Origin: Polyangiales bacterium
GTDB taxonomy: Bacteria; Myxococcota_A; Polyangia; Polyangiales; Polyangiaceae
Length of the DNA: 64,000 nucleotides
Assembly: GCA_038230375.1 (NCBI GenBank)
Contig: JBBRNJ010000021.1
Location: 44,936 to 108,935, forward strand
Reading direction: 5' to 3'
Below the pieces are notes generated by a model. It saw only the letters and a program-made list of their open reading frames with translations. It searched no databases and had not been told where the DNA came from. Positions 46,001 through 55,883 of the stretch are shown here, piece by piece. Position 1 is the stretch's first letter, and each line of letters begins with the position of its first letter. The translations under genes were made by a program, and so were the position numbers.

Positions 46001-47047
46001 CTAGTTTGCTGTTGGGGCCAGTATGTCAATCATGGGCGCAAGACTCCTCTTGGCGCGCGGGTCGGTGGGGTCGTCCAAGATCCAGAGTAGCTGACGCGTG
46101 CGCTTCTCGCCCATCAGCCCCCGCAGTTCAGCCGCCGCCTTCGCTGCCCGGACGAGCACCTCGTGAGTGCCGCCAACGACCCTCGCGAGAGCCAGCGCCT
46201 CGAGTAGCGTCTGAAACGCCGCCTTCTCGAAAGCTTCCAGCAGCACGCGCTTTCGGTCGCGAAACTCGACCTTCACTCGCTCCACGTAGGCCTTTGGCTC
46301 TGTCTCATCGCCAATTCTCTTCAGCCGTTCGAGCTCCTGCAGCTCCTTCGGCCCGAACAACACCACGTTCTCTTCGGTACAAGGCTCCAGGGCCTCGACG
46401 ATACGGAACTGGACCAGCCCGAGCCGGGCACGTGCGACGACGCTCCAGTAGCGCGAATGGTGGGGAAAGACCTGCTGGTTCACCCGCCGAAAGAATGTGT
46501 CGGATGATGCGATGAGGCGCTGCATGCGTCCGTCGCCCTGTGGCCCGAGTTGCCACAACTCTTCCATGGTCGCCGCTGCGCATCGCCGAGCATCACCGTC
46601 TGGCCAGGTCGTATCCATGTCCGCCGCGACGAGCCCGTCCTCGACCTCGCCTGCAAGGTCGGTCGTCTCAGCGGAGAACGACGCGCCATCGGGGGCAAAA
46701 GCCTCGAGCACGGCGTGCGCACGACCCAAGGTCGCCAATCGCTGGGCTCCAGACTGCCGTCGGGACAGCATCACAAGTGAGCGGAACTTCTCCAGTCCCC
46801 GCGTCTCCTCGGACATCGCCTGGAGCTGTTCCGTCGACTGCGCGGCGAAGAGCGTCGGCGGCGCGTATTCCTTGCGCGCAAGGCAGCCAAGCATCCGATC
46901 GTAGCGTGCGTTCGCGATGCAGAGAGCGGGGTCGTCCGGTTCGACGGATGCGGTTGCCTGGGGCGGCAACGCACGTTGTTGAGACGGACCGCACGCCATC
47001 GTTGCAAGTCCGACCAACACCACCAGTCCGTCGCGCCGCCACACCAT
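46001..47047 (-). CDS. Hypothetical helical lipoprotein (paralog A)
   Basis: GGAGG RBS, lipobox TMAC; similar to 47842-48942. Confidence 0.7.
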   Translation of the reverse strand: MVWRRDGLVVLVGLATMACGPSQQRALPPQATASVEPDDPALCIANARYDRMLGCLARKEYAPPTLFAAQSTEQLQAMSEETRGLEKFRSLVMLSRRQSGAQRLATLGRAHAVLEAFAPDGASFSAETTDLAGEVEDGLVAADMDTTWPDGDARRCAAATMEELWQLGPQGDGRMQRLIASSDTFFRRVNQQVFPHHSRYWSVVARARLGLVQFRIVEALEPCTEENVVLFGPKELQELERLKRIGDETEPKAYVERVKVEFRDRKRVLLEAFEKAAFQTLLEALALARVVGGTHEVLVRAAKAAAELRGLMGEKRTRQLLWILDDPTDPRAKRSLAPMIDILAPTAN

Positions 47048-47065
47048 TTGTACTTCGCCTCCGAG

Positions 47066-47300
47066 TGAACCTGACCCGCTTTGGTGGACACTCGGTCCTG
47101 CTACCCGTGCTGCCGAGCAGCGTCTTCGTACTCCACCTGGCTGAGCTCTCCCACCGCGGAGTGGATTCTGTGTTGGTTGTAGAACACCTCGATGTACTCG
47201 AAGGACTTCCTTTTGGCGTCTCCCGCGCTCTCGAAGTCCTCTCCGAACTCGGTCTTGAAGGTACCGAAGAGCTCTCAACGACGGCGTTGTCGTCCGTCTT
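47066..47300 (-). mobile_element. IS3-family right-end remnant with terminal inverted repeat
   Basis: Minus strand DNAVVES, a frameshift, then FGTFKTE..FEYIEVFYNQHRIHSAVG..stop. The IR reads TGAACCTGACCCGCTTTGGTGGACAC on the plus strand (47066-47091). Confidence 0.88.
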
Positions 47301-47403
47301 GATACGCTGATCTGGAGTCGCGACGGGGGCAAGAATGCAGAGTGATGTGCGTCGAGTCCCCAGAGCACTCGCGAACAGGGGCGATCCTCTGCTTTCCCGA
47401 ACA

Positions 47404-47802
47404 TCAGTCCAAGACCTGGCTTCGGGCGCGCCGCCCGCCCTTGTCGTCAATAGGACACTTTGATGCCATCACGAGCTCAGCCTCCGATCCGAGGACGGGA
47501 GACCGGCCCTGGCGCATGTAGGTCACCTTCAGACCGTAGAACGGCGTGCAGTCATCGTTGGCCGATTCGAGGGCGAGCCGAAAGGACTTGATCGCATCGT
47601 CGAGGCCCCCCTGCTGCAATTGTGCGACGCCCATGGTTTGCGCAATCCACCAATTGCGGCGGCTCGCACCAGTGCGCACGAACGGCTCGAGGAAACGCTC
47701 GGCGTCTTCATCAAGCCTATCCGCTGCTCGGAATGGCCGCAACGCCAACCGGGCAGACCAAATTGCCTTGCGCCAAAACCAATTGCGAACGTCGCTTATC
47801 AA
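47404..47802 (-). CDS. Short TPR-containing protein, possibly a fragment
   Basis: MGVAQLQQGGLDDAIKSFRLALE..FYGL TPR-like helix pair; TTG start. Confidence 0.5.
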   Translation of the reverse strand: MISDVRNWFWRKAIWSARLALRPFRAADRLDEDAERFLEPFVRTGASRRNWWIAQTMGVAQLQQGGLDDAIKSFRLALESANDDCTPFYGLKVTYMRQGRSPVLGSEAELVMASKCPIDDKGGRRARSQVLD

Positions 47803-47841
47803 GTTCGCGCGGCGAGACCGTCGTCAATCACGCTGGCCCGA

Positions 47842-48942
47842 TCATGGCACCGCCGTCAACGCCTCCAGAAGAGGCGCCAGTGTTCTCTTTCCGTCCTTGT
47901 GTGGATCCACGGGATCGGGAATCGATTGGAGTACTTGTATGGAGGTCGCGTCTCCGAGGACGCGTCGCAGGTCATGAAGCTCGCCCTGTGCCTCCGCGAC
48001 GAGTGGGTGAAACACGCCGAACGCGCGCGCCATCGTGGCGCCGATTGCCAGGAACCGGAACGCGCTCTGTTGCAAGCTGTCCGACCATCCGGCTCGCGTG
48101 ACCAAGAAGTCCGAGAGTCGGAGCCCTGACCGTTCCTTCACCACGTCCGCTTTTCCAAGGTTGCTGAGCTCCGTCATTTCGCGGCGCTCGTCTCGTGAGA
48201 AAAGCTCCACGTTGTCCGGTGTGCAGGCCTCGATGGCGCGGGCGAGGTGAAGTCGAAACAGCCCCTGACGAAGCTCCGCAACGGGCCCCCAACGGGAGGT
48301 CGGCGCCCTCTGAACCAGCTCCACCCGGAAACGCAGCTGCAGCTTCACCGCGTCCAGCAGGAGTGAGTGCACGAATCCACTTCGGCCCACGGCTTCAGGC
48401 CAAGTTATGTGGTCGTAGAGATCTGCCAGGGTCTTCGCGGGGCAGTTGCCAGTTTCTTCATCCGGCCAGATAGCGACGAACTCTTGCGTCAGCTCGACGT
48501 ACTTGGCTTCACCGAAGATCTCCTCGTGAACGCTGTCGAAGCGCACTCCCGTTATCCACATTCGATCGCCAGCCTCGGCGGCCTGGCGATACCAGTTCAA
48601 GTGCCTCCATGAGCCCGATGGACTACGGCGTCCAAGCATGGCGAGGGCCTCGAGCGTGGCAAGGCTTCCCGGGTCCATCGTGGCGACACGCCGTTCAATC
48701 TCCCCGAGCGAGAGCCCCGCCAGGAACTCGATCTCCGGGCGATTGGCGAGCGCAATGCATCCCGCCCCTTCCCGAAAGACGCCCTGCACACAATCAGGAG
48801 TTGCGAGTCCTTGCTCCAGCGCGACCCACGGCGCCTTCAGCCGGCCCGGTTCGGCGGTTGGGGCCGAGGATGCGCGCCTCGCCTGCGGCGGGGACTTCGC
48901 GCAACCGACGAACAGCCCGAGGACGCAGAGAAGCGTGAACAC
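47842..48942 (-). CDS. Hypothetical helical lipoprotein (paralog B; GTG start approximate)
   Basis: Lipobox FVGC; similar to 46001-47047. Confidence 0.7.
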   Translation of the reverse strand: MFTLLCVLGLFVGCAKSPPQARRASSAPTAEPGRLKAPWVALEQGLATPDCVQGVFREGAGCIALANRPEIEFLAGLSLGEIERRVATMDPGSLATLEALAMLGRRSPSGSWRHLNWYRQAAEAGDRMWITGVRFDSVHEEIFGEAKYVELTQEFVAIWPDEETGNCPAKTLADLYDHITWPEAVGRSGFVHSLLLDAVKLQLRFRVELVQRAPTSRWGPVAELRQGLFRLHLARAIEACTPDNVELFSRDERREMTELSNLGKADVVKERSGLRLSDFLVTRAGWSDSLQQSAFRFLAIGATMARAFGVFHPLVAEAQGELHDLRRVLGDATSIQVLQSIPDPVDPHKDGKRTLAPLLEALTAVP

Positions 48943-49033
48943 ACGCAGGACCGATCGGGAGCCGATCACCAGAGAAGCCCTCTCGGCGCAATGCGAGCTT
49001 GAGGAGTTCGCGCGGTGCCAGCCCCCACAGGGC

Positions 49034-50548
49034 TTACTTCGTGGACGGGAAGCTGAACATCGCGCCTTCGCGGACGCCGGCGGAGGGCCAGCGTTGTGTG
49101 ATGGTCTTTCGCTTCGTGTAGAAGCGCACCGCGTCCGGACCGTAGGCGTGGAGATCGCCGAAGAGCGAGCGCTTCCAGCCGCCGAACGAGTGGTACGCGA
49201 CAGGGACGGGGAGGGGCACGTTGATGCCGACCATGCCGACCAGGATGTGATCGGAGAAGTAGCGCGCGGCCTCACCGTCGCGCGTGAAGATGCATGTGCC
49301 GTTGCCGTACTCGTGATCGTTGATGAGCTTCATGGCCTCTTCGAGCGTCTTCACGCGCATGACGCCAAGCACCGGTCCGAAGATCTCTTCCTTGTACGTG
49401 ACCATGTTCGGCTTCACGTTGTCGAAGAGGCACGCGCCCATGAAGTAGCCATTCTCGTGGCCTGGGACCTTCACGCCGCGTCCGTCGACCACGAGCGTTG
49501 CGCCTTCCTTCACGCCCTGCTCCACATAGCCCTTCACCTTCTCGAAGTGCGGCTTGGTGACCAGCGGGCCCATGTCGTTCTTGGCGTCCGTGCCGGGGCC
49601 GACCTTCATCTTCGCGATCTCGGTCTTGAGTCCCGCGACCACAGCGTCGGCCGTCGCGTCGCCCACGCAGACGACGATCGGGATGGCCATGCAGCGCTCG
49701 CCGCACGAGCCGTACGCCGCGCCCATGAGCGCGGTCACTGCGTTGCCGATGTCCGCGTCCGGCATGACCACCGCGTGGTTCTTCGCGCCGCCGAGCGCCT
49801 GGATGCGCTTGCCCTTCGCGCAGCCGCGCGAATAGATGTATTCTGCAATCGCCGTGGAGCCCACGAAGCTGATGGCGTGCACGCGCGCATCATCCAGCAG
49901 CGTGTCCACCGCTTCCTTGTCGCCGTTGACCACGTTGAGGACGCCCGGCGGCAGGCCAGCTTCCAGCGCGAGCTGGGAGACGAGCAGCGCGCTCGAGGGG
50001 TCTCGCTCTGACGGCTTCAGCACGAACGTGTTGCCGCATGCGACGGCCATGGGCCACATCCACATGGGGACCATGACCGGGAAGTTGAACGGCGTGATGC
50101 CCGCGCAGACGCCGAGCGGCTGGAACTCGCTCCATGAGTCGATGCCGGGGCCGACGTTGCGCGCGTACTCGCCCTTCAAGAGCTCGGTGACGTAGGACGC
50201 GTACTCCACGTTCTCGATGCCGCGCTGGAGCTCGCCCATGGCGTCGCCCGCGACCTTGCCGTGCTCGGCCGTGAGCAGCGAAGTGATCTTCTCTGCGTTC
50301 TTCTCGAGCAGGACCTTCAGGTTGCTCATCACGCGCGCGCGCTTCAGCGGCGCGGTCGCGCGCCACGCGGGGTACGCCTTCTCGGCGGAGGCGATGGCCA
50401 TGTTGACGGTCTCGCGGTCGGCGAGCTGCAGCGTCTTCTCCGCAGTGCCGGTCGCCGGGTTCCACACCTCCTGCGAACGCGTGCCGCCGTTCACGTTCTT
50501 GCCGTCAATCCAGTGGCCAATCGAAGGGAGGGTCTGCGGGGTCGTCAT
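49034..50548 (-). CDS. mmsA: CoA-acylating methylmalonate/malonate-semialdehyde dehydrogenase
   Basis: GITPFNFPVMVPMW, KPSERDP, SFVGST, GGAKNH, GERCMA, EEIFGPV, SFGGWKRSLFGD. Confidence 0.95.
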   Translation of the reverse strand: MTTPQTLPSIGHWIDGKNVNGGTRSQEVWNPATGTAEKTLQLADRETVNMAIASAEKAYPAWRATAPLKRARVMSNLKVLLEKNAEKITSLLTAEHGKVAGDAMGELQRGIENVEYASYVTELLKGEYARNVGPGIDSWSEFQPLGVCAGITPFNFPVMVPMWMWPMAVACGNTFVLKPSERDPSSALLVSQLALEAGLPPGVLNVVNGDKEAVDTLLDDARVHAISFVGSTAIAEYIYSRGCAKGKRIQALGGAKNHAVVMPDADIGNAVTALMGAAYGSCGERCMAIPIVVCVGDATADAVVAGLKTEIAKMKVGPGTDAKNDMGPLVTKPHFEKVKGYVEQGVKEGATLVVDGRGVKVPGHENGYFMGACLFDNVKPNMVTYKEEIFGPVLGVMRVKTLEEAMKLINDHEYGNGTCIFTRDGEAARYFSDHILVGMVGINVPLPVPVAYHSFGGWKRSLFGDLHAYGPDAVRFYTKRKTITQRWPSAGVREGAMFSFPSTK

Positions 50549-50649
50549 GGTCGTGCTCACAGCTCTTGAGGGGATGAAACCGGGCGTTCCATAGCATTGT
50601 GCCACATCCGCGCCAGCGGAATGGCCGCCTTGGGTTACACTAGATGGAG

Positions 50650-51534
50650 ATGAGTGACGGGACCGCAACGCGGGTGCTCGTGGGCGTGCTCGCGCTCGCG
50701 GCTTGCGGGCCTTCTGACCCTCGCTCGGAGCACGTGGGGACCGTCGCGTCGTCCATTGTTGGTGGCACGGACGACAGCGGTGATCCCGCGGTCGTTGCGA
50801 TCGTGAGTGACACCGTGGGTCTCACGCTCTGCTCCGGCACGCTCGTCGGGCCGCGTGCGGTGCTCACGGCGGGGCACTGCAACTTCACCAAGATCACGGC
50901 CCGCTTCGGCGCGGATGTCAGCGCGCCCGAGCGCAAGATCGCGGTCACGAAGACCGTGCAGCATCCGAAGTACACGGCCATGGGCGCGCCTTACGACTTT
51001 GCGCTGCTGGAGCTGGAGACGCCCATCACGGACATCGCTCCGCTCACGCTTCGCGCCGCGCCGCTCTCGCAGGCGGACGTGGGGAAGACCATCATCAGGC
51101 ACGTGGGCTTTGGCGTGTCGGACGAGGCCGCGGGCAGCGGCGCGGGACACAAGCGCACCGTGAGCTATCCGATCACGAGGGTGACCGACGTGCTGGTGTA
51201 CTCCGGCGCGCCGGGAAAGCAGACGTGCGACATCGACTCGGGCGCGCCCGGCCTGGTCACCGAGGGCGACGGCGTGGAGCGCATCGCAGGCGTCGTCTCG
51301 GATGGTCCGAACTGCCACACGGACGGCTGGGACGGCCGCGCCGATCTCGCGGACCTCGCGACCTTCATCGCTGACACGCAGAAGAGCTGGGACGCACCAC
51401 CGCCGAGCGAGGCGAAGACCGGCGGCTGCGCCTCTGCGCCCGCGGAGCACCTGCCGGATGCATCTCTTGGGCTCTACGTGGCCCTGATCGCGCTCGCCTG
51501 CCGAAGACGTGATCGCGGGTCACGCCGCAGGTAG
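50650..51534 (+). CDS. Trypsin-like (S1) serine protease with MYXO-CTERM-like tail
   Basis: Lipobox LAAC; IVGG, LTAGHC, DFALL, CDIDSGAP; C-terminal GGCA..hydrophobic..RRR. Confidence 0.88.
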   Translation: MSDGTATRVLVGVLALAACGPSDPRSEHVGTVASSIVGGTDDSGDPAVVAIVSDTVGLTLCSGTLVGPRAVLTAGHCNFTKITARFGADVSAPERKIAVTKTVQHPKYTAMGAPYDFALLELETPITDIAPLTLRAAPLSQADVGKTIIRHVGFGVSDEAAGSGAGHKRTVSYPITRVTDVLVYSGAPGKQTCDIDSGAPGLVTEGDGVERIAGVVSDGPNCHTDGWDGRADLADLATFIADTQKSWDAPPPSEAKTGGCASAPAEHLPDASLGLYVALIALACRRRDRGSRRR

Positions 51535-51550
51535 CGTGTAGACTCCACCC

Positions 51551-52435
51551 ATGGGCGATTTCCTCGACACGTTCCCGGGAGAGAAGGAGCGCGAGATCAC
51601 GATGGTGCCGTCGAAGGCCATCGCGCGCGATCTGGAAGACCCGAAGAACACCTTCTTGTGGGGAGCCCTTCCGCGGGGCGTCACCGCCGTGAAGGTCAAG
51701 CGACTCTCGTTCTTCGACTCCATGGGTTCGAAGAAGGAGCTCCCGGACAACTTCGCCGAGTTCCGGAGCCTCGTGTGCCTGACGATACCGTTGCACCTGG
51801 TACCCAAGCTCCCGGCGACGCTGCCCGACAGCTTGCGAACACTGATCGTCCTGTCTGGCGGAACGTCCGCGGCCGCGCTCCCGAAGGCGCTCATGCTCCC
51901 CCAGGTGGAGCGGCTCTTCGCCGACGACATCAAGCTGGGGTTCGCGCCCGAACAGGTCCCGAACATCAGATCCCTCCGCGTGAAGGTGTCGTCTGCGAAG
52001 GAGCTCGCGATGGTGTCAGCCTTGAGCAAGCTGGAGGGGCTCCAGATAGGTCCGGTTCCCGACGCAAAGTTCTGGAAGCTCCTCGCCAAGCTTCCGCTTC
52101 GGCGTCTCTTCGTGATGCGCGGCGGGCTCACGAACCTGAAAGGCGTGGAGGTGCTCACGAACCTGGAGAAGCTCACCATCAAGGGGATGAACGGCCTGGT
52201 GGACGTGTCGGCGATCAAGGGGCTGAAGAAGCTCTCCGACGTGAGCTTCGACTTCTGCGCAAACCTTGGCGACGTCCGCTTCATGGCGGCCATGAAGGCA
52301 TTGAAGCTGATCACCTTCTGGGGGTGCAGCGATCGAAAGCAGACCATCACGAAGGCCTTCCCCGCGCTTCTCGCCGCCAAGAAGCTCGTCGACTCCGAGC
52401 TCCTCGAGGATCTCGAGGAAGACGACGAAGACTGA
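51551..52435 (+). CDS. Leucine-rich repeat protein
   Basis: Repeated LxxLxL segments (LTNLEKLTI, LKKLSDVSFDFC, MKALKLITFWGC). Confidence 0.75.
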   Translation: MGDFLDTFPGEKEREITMVPSKAIARDLEDPKNTFLWGALPRGVTAVKVKRLSFFDSMGSKKELPDNFAEFRSLVCLTIPLHLVPKLPATLPDSLRTLIVLSGGTSAAALPKALMLPQVERLFADDIKLGFAPEQVPNIRSLRVKVSSAKELAMVSALSKLEGLQIGPVPDAKFWKLLAKLPLRRLFVMRGGLTNLKGVEVLTNLEKLTIKGMNGLVDVSAIKGLKKLSDVSFDFCANLGDVRFMAAMKALKLITFWGCSDRKQTITKAFPALLAAKKLVDSELLEDLEEDDED

Positions 52436-52499
52436 GCGTGGTTCCTGATGCGTGTATAATGCATTGGATCTCCTGGGCCCGTAGAGACGCTTCGTGTGG

Positions 52500-53414
52500 T
52501 CACTCCGTCTCTAGCGTCACGTCATCCACGTACGCGTTCGATGCCGGTAGCGTTCCCATCACTGGGCCCTGGGCGAGCGAGCCCACGCGGATGGTGGGCT
52601 CCTTGCTCGTGCCGTTGCTGATCGCTGCGTCTGTCAGGACCTTGATGGCTCCGAAGGTCACGTTGGCCTTGCCGTTCATGACGTCCACGTCGAGCACGAT
52701 GCGCGTCCACTGATTGAGCGGGAGCGTGGCGTTCGTGAGCGCGAACCGCGTGTCCGTGGCTACGGCCTCCACCAGCGCGGGTCCCGGCGTCGCGGAGGGA
52801 TCGCGCAGGTAGAGGGTGAAGAGGTGCGCGCTGCTGATGTCCAGCGTGGCAATGCCGAACGAGCCAGCCGCCGCGACGTCGCTCGTGGGGAAGTAGGAGA
52901 AGGAGAGGCGCGCGCGGTTCACGTTCGCCCCCAGCGTCACCGTCTTCCGCACGAGCACGGAGCTGTACGCTCCTGCCGCCGCCGTGCTCGTGGCGATGAG
53001 CACGGACGCCGGGCCGCTCGTGTACTCCGCGCCGCTCAGCGATGCCGTCCCCGGCGCGACCGCCACCACTGCGTCCCAGTCGGCGAGCGCGCTTGCGTGA
53101 TCGAAGTCCTCGCAGAACGCGGGCTTCGTCACGAGCGTGGCGCAGTAGCTCGCACCTGCGTCGACGAAATTCGGCTTCGCGTCGCCGCCAGCGTCCGCGG
53201 TCGGCTTGCCGGCATCGACCGGGCTCCCGCCGTCCTCGGGGCCAATGGGGGCCGCGTCCTCGTCGCCGCCGTCGCCGGCGCCTGGGGCCGTGTCGCTCGA
53301 GCTTCCGCAGCCGGCCACCACGGCGGCCATGACGGAGGCCGTGAAAACGCCCAGGAACAGCGGGGCCATCGCAAACCCTGCGCCGAGAACCCGGGTTGCA
53401 CGGCGGTCCATCAT
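52500..53414 (-). CDS. Hypothetical lipoprotein with beta-sandwich domain
   Basis: Lipobox VAGC, DAG-rich linker, FCEDFD, WTRIVLDV, YVDDV. Confidence 0.75.
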   Translation of the reverse strand: MMDRRATRVLGAGFAMAPLFLGVFTASVMAAVVAGCGSSSDTAPGAGDGGDEDAAPIGPEDGGSPVDAGKPTADAGGDAKPNFVDAGASYCATLVTKPAFCEDFDHASALADWDAVVAVAPGTASLSGAEYTSGPASVLIATSTAAAGAYSSVLVRKTVTLGANVNRARLSFSYFPTSDVAAAGSFGIATLDISSAHLFTLYLRDPSATPGPALVEAVATDTRFALTNATLPLNQWTRIVLDVDVMNGKANVTFGAIKVLTDAAISNGTSKEPTIRVGSLAQGPVMGTLPASNAYVDDVTLETE

Positions 53415-53477
53415 CTCTGCATTGTAGACGACCGCGCCACCTCTGAAAAACGGGAAAAACCTGGTATGACCAGAGGC

Positions 53478-53891
53478 ATGACGAAAGAGGAGATGGTCAC
53501 CGAGGTCAAACGCATCGTCACCCTGGCTCGCGCCAATGATGCGGATGGCGCGCACGCTGGCTACCAGGCGCTCTTCTCGAACCCCGGGTTCGTCACGCTT
53601 GCGCCGGAGAACCAGCGGCAGGCGCTCAAGCTCCTTGTCCTGACCAAGCGCCACGGCAAGCAGCCCGAGTCGCTCGTCCCCGCGATCCGCGCCACGCTGG
53701 GCCCGCTCACGGATCTGGTGTCGCGCTACAACGACCCCGAGGACTACGAGATGCTCGGCATCAGCCACGTCGTCCTTGGCAACGAGGCGAGCGCCAGCGC
53801 GATCTTCAAGGAAGGCCTCCAGCTGGAGCGCGAGCGCTCGGCGCAGTCCGACCTCTGCGGTCGCCTCATGACCCGCCTCTCCGCGATCTGA
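53478..53891 (+). CDS. Hypothetical helical (TPR-like) protein
   Basis: 137-aa ORF, DYEMLGISHVVLG..A..F..GL helix pattern. Confidence 0.7.
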   Translation: MTKEEMVTEVKRIVTLARANDADGAHAGYQALFSNPGFVTLAPENQRQALKLLVLTKRHGKQPESLVPAIRATLGPLTDLVSRYNDPEDYEMLGISHVVLGNEASASAIFKEGLQLERERSAQSDLCGRLMTRLSAI

Positions 53892-53934
53892 GCTTCAGGA
53901 AAAGACGGCAGGAAAAGAGGGGGAGGCGCGCGTG

Positions 53935-54693
53935 ATGTCTCGGGCGCGCGTGATCGACACCAGCTTCGCGGCGCTCGTCACGACACCGGTATTGACGGTG
54001 CTCGGCGACGGCGTGCTCGTGCGCGTGCCCGATGCGATCACGGAGGAGCAGCGCGCCGCATACGTCGGCGGCGTCTATCGCGGCAAACCGGAGTGGACGA
54101 ACAACTTCGATGGCCTGCAGTTCACGCTCGGACGTGCATGGTACACGCATCTCGAACAGGACCTGGCGGACCTGTATTTCGAGCGCGCCGCCGCCTCCGA
54201 CGCGATCGTCGAGCGCAACTGCCCCGGCCTTCAGCATCACATGCTGGAGCTCACCGGCAAGCTGCTCGGCGCGCGCGACCCCAGCGTGAAGGTCCGCAAG
54301 CGCGAGAGCTACTGCGGCGCGGGCGTCCACGTGTTCCCGGCGAACGGCTACTGCGCGGAGAAGGGCGGCGACGTCCACTTCGACACGGAGGGTCTGACGC
54401 GCTCGCAGCTCCGCGCCCGGAAGCGCGCGGTGTCGATCATCCTCATGCTGCAGCCACCCACGAAGAACGGCGGCCTCCGGGTGTGGGACACGCTGTGGGA
54501 TGGCTCCGACGAGGCGACACCAGCCATGGTCGCTCGCCCGCACGCCACGCTCGGGTACTCACCGAGAGATCTTGTCGTGATCGACAGCTACAGCCTCCAC
54601 CAGATCCAGCCCTTCGACGGTGACAAGGACCGCGTGAGCGCGACCTGCCATGCTCTCGAGACCGAGCCGGGGACCTGGGACGTTTGGTTCTGA
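53935..54693 (+). CDS. 2OG-Fe(II) oxygenase superfamily protein
   Basis: HFD (HxD), GGLRVW, DLVVIDSYSLHQI, RVS. Confidence 0.75.
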   Translation: MSRARVIDTSFAALVTTPVLTVLGDGVLVRVPDAITEEQRAAYVGGVYRGKPEWTNNFDGLQFTLGRAWYTHLEQDLADLYFERAAASDAIVERNCPGLQHHMLELTGKLLGARDPSVKVRKRESYCGAGVHVFPANGYCAEKGGDVHFDTEGLTRSQLRARKRAVSIILMLQPPTKNGGLRVWDTLWDGSDEATPAMVARPHATLGYSPRDLVVIDSYSLHQIQPFDGDKDRVSATCHALETEPGTWDVWF

Positions 54694-54705
54694 TTTCGGC
54701 TTGTT

Positions 54706-54745
54706 TTGACGGCTGAGCACAAAGATCGCAACTGAATGTTGCGAT
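54706..54745 (+). promoter_or_regulatory. -35 element plus perfect inverted repeat (probable TetR operator)
   Basis: TTGACG at 54706-54711; ATCGCAAC-N5-GTTGCGAT at 54725-54745, upstream of the RND operon that ends in tetR. Confidence 0.7.
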
Positions 54746-54788
54746 TGGCATCCAACCATGCGAACGCTGGCAGACCACGGCGAAACCC

Positions 54789-55880
54789 ATGAAGAATACG
54801 GCCCAACGCACCCTCTCGACCTTCCTCCTTGCCCACGTCCTTGTCGCCGCGGCCCTGCTCCCTGTCGGCTGCAAGCCCGTGGGCACTGCCAAGGCTGAAG
54901 ACGCTGCCACCGCCCCCATTCACGTGGACATGGCGGACGTCACTGTGATCGAGGCGCCGACCGCGCTTCGCTTGACGGGGTCGCTGCGCGGTCGCAAGGA
55001 AGCGGACCTTGCGGCGAACGCTTCGGGCCGCGTGCTGCGTACGTTCGTCGAACGCGGTGACGAGGTGAAGGAGGGCATGGTCGTCGCCCAGCTCGACACG
55101 AGCAACGCCGCGCTCTCGCTGCAAGAGGCGCGCGTGCAGGTGCGGTCGTCGAAGACGCAAGAGGACATCAACATCGCCGACTGCGCGCGCTTCGAGCAGC
55201 TCTGGCAGAAGGGCGCGATCAGCGCCGCCGAGCACGACCAGACCACCGCGAAGTGCAAGACCGCGCCCATCAGCCGCGAGGTCGCCCAGGCGCGCGAGAA
55301 CATCGCCTCCAAGAACGTGGGTGACGGCGCCATCCGCGCGCCGTTCACGGGCGTCGTGTCGGAGCGCTACATCGAAGTGGGCGAGTACGTGCAGGCGTCG
55401 TCCAAGGTCCTCTCCATGGTGCAGTCGGGCGATCTCCGGCTGGAGCTCACCGTGCCCGAGGCGAACGTCGCGAACGTGAAGGTCGGCGCGGACGTGTCGT
55501 TCACCGTCGCCGCATATCCGGACAAGACGTTCCACGGCACCGTCCGCTACGTGTCCGCCGCCGTGCGCGAGACCACGCGCGATCTCGTGTGTGAGGCCGT
55601 GGTCCCCAACCCCGACAAGCTGCTCCGCCCTGGCATGTTCGCCGATGCGTCGCTCGCCACCGGCATCGAGAACCTCCCGTCCATACCGCTCTCCGCCGTG
55701 TTCGAGCGTCAGGACAAGAAGCGTGTCTACGCCGTCGCCGACGGCCGCCTTCAGGAGCGCGTGCTCCAGGTCGGACCAGAGGTGAACGGGCGGCTCACCG
55801 TGCACAACGGAGTCAAGGCAGGCGACAAGGTGGTGTCCAAAAACCTCGCCGGGCTCACGAATGGCGCCAAGGTCGAGTGA
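54789..55880 (+). CDS. RND efflux periplasmic adaptor (MFP), lipoprotein
   Basis: Lipobox PVGC; SGRV..VERGDEVK.G, IRAPFTGVV, LRPGMFA. Confidence 0.95.
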   Translation: MKNTAQRTLSTFLLAHVLVAAALLPVGCKPVGTAKAEDAATAPIHVDMADVTVIEAPTALRLTGSLRGRKEADLAANASGRVLRTFVERGDEVKEGMVVAQLDTSNAALSLQEARVQVRSSKTQEDINIADCARFEQLWQKGAISAAEHDQTTAKCKTAPISREVAQARENIASKNVGDGAIRAPFTGVVSERYIEVGEYVQASSKVLSMVQSGDLRLELTVPEANVANVKVGADVSFTVAAYPDKTFHGTVRYVSAAVRETTRDLVCEAVVPNPDKLLRPGMFADASLATGIENLPSIPLSAVFERQDKKRVYAVADGRLQERVLQVGPEVNGRLTVHNGVKAGDKVVSKNLAGLTNGAKVE

Positions 55881-55883
55881 ACC

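Noticed and set aside
31075..47300. Composite transposon bounded by the two IS3 remnants
   Set aside because: Both IRs read in the same direction on the plus strand, so they do not enclose the intervening DNA as outer ends; both elements are fragments.
46001..47404. 467-aa ORF as a single gene
   Set aside because: The first 119 codons run through IS3 remnant DNA; the real start is probably ATG 47047 with its RBS and lipoprotein signal.
35350..51534. Serpin and S1 protease as a cognate pair
   Set aside because: They are about 14 kb apart with unrelated genes between; nothing in the sequence links them.
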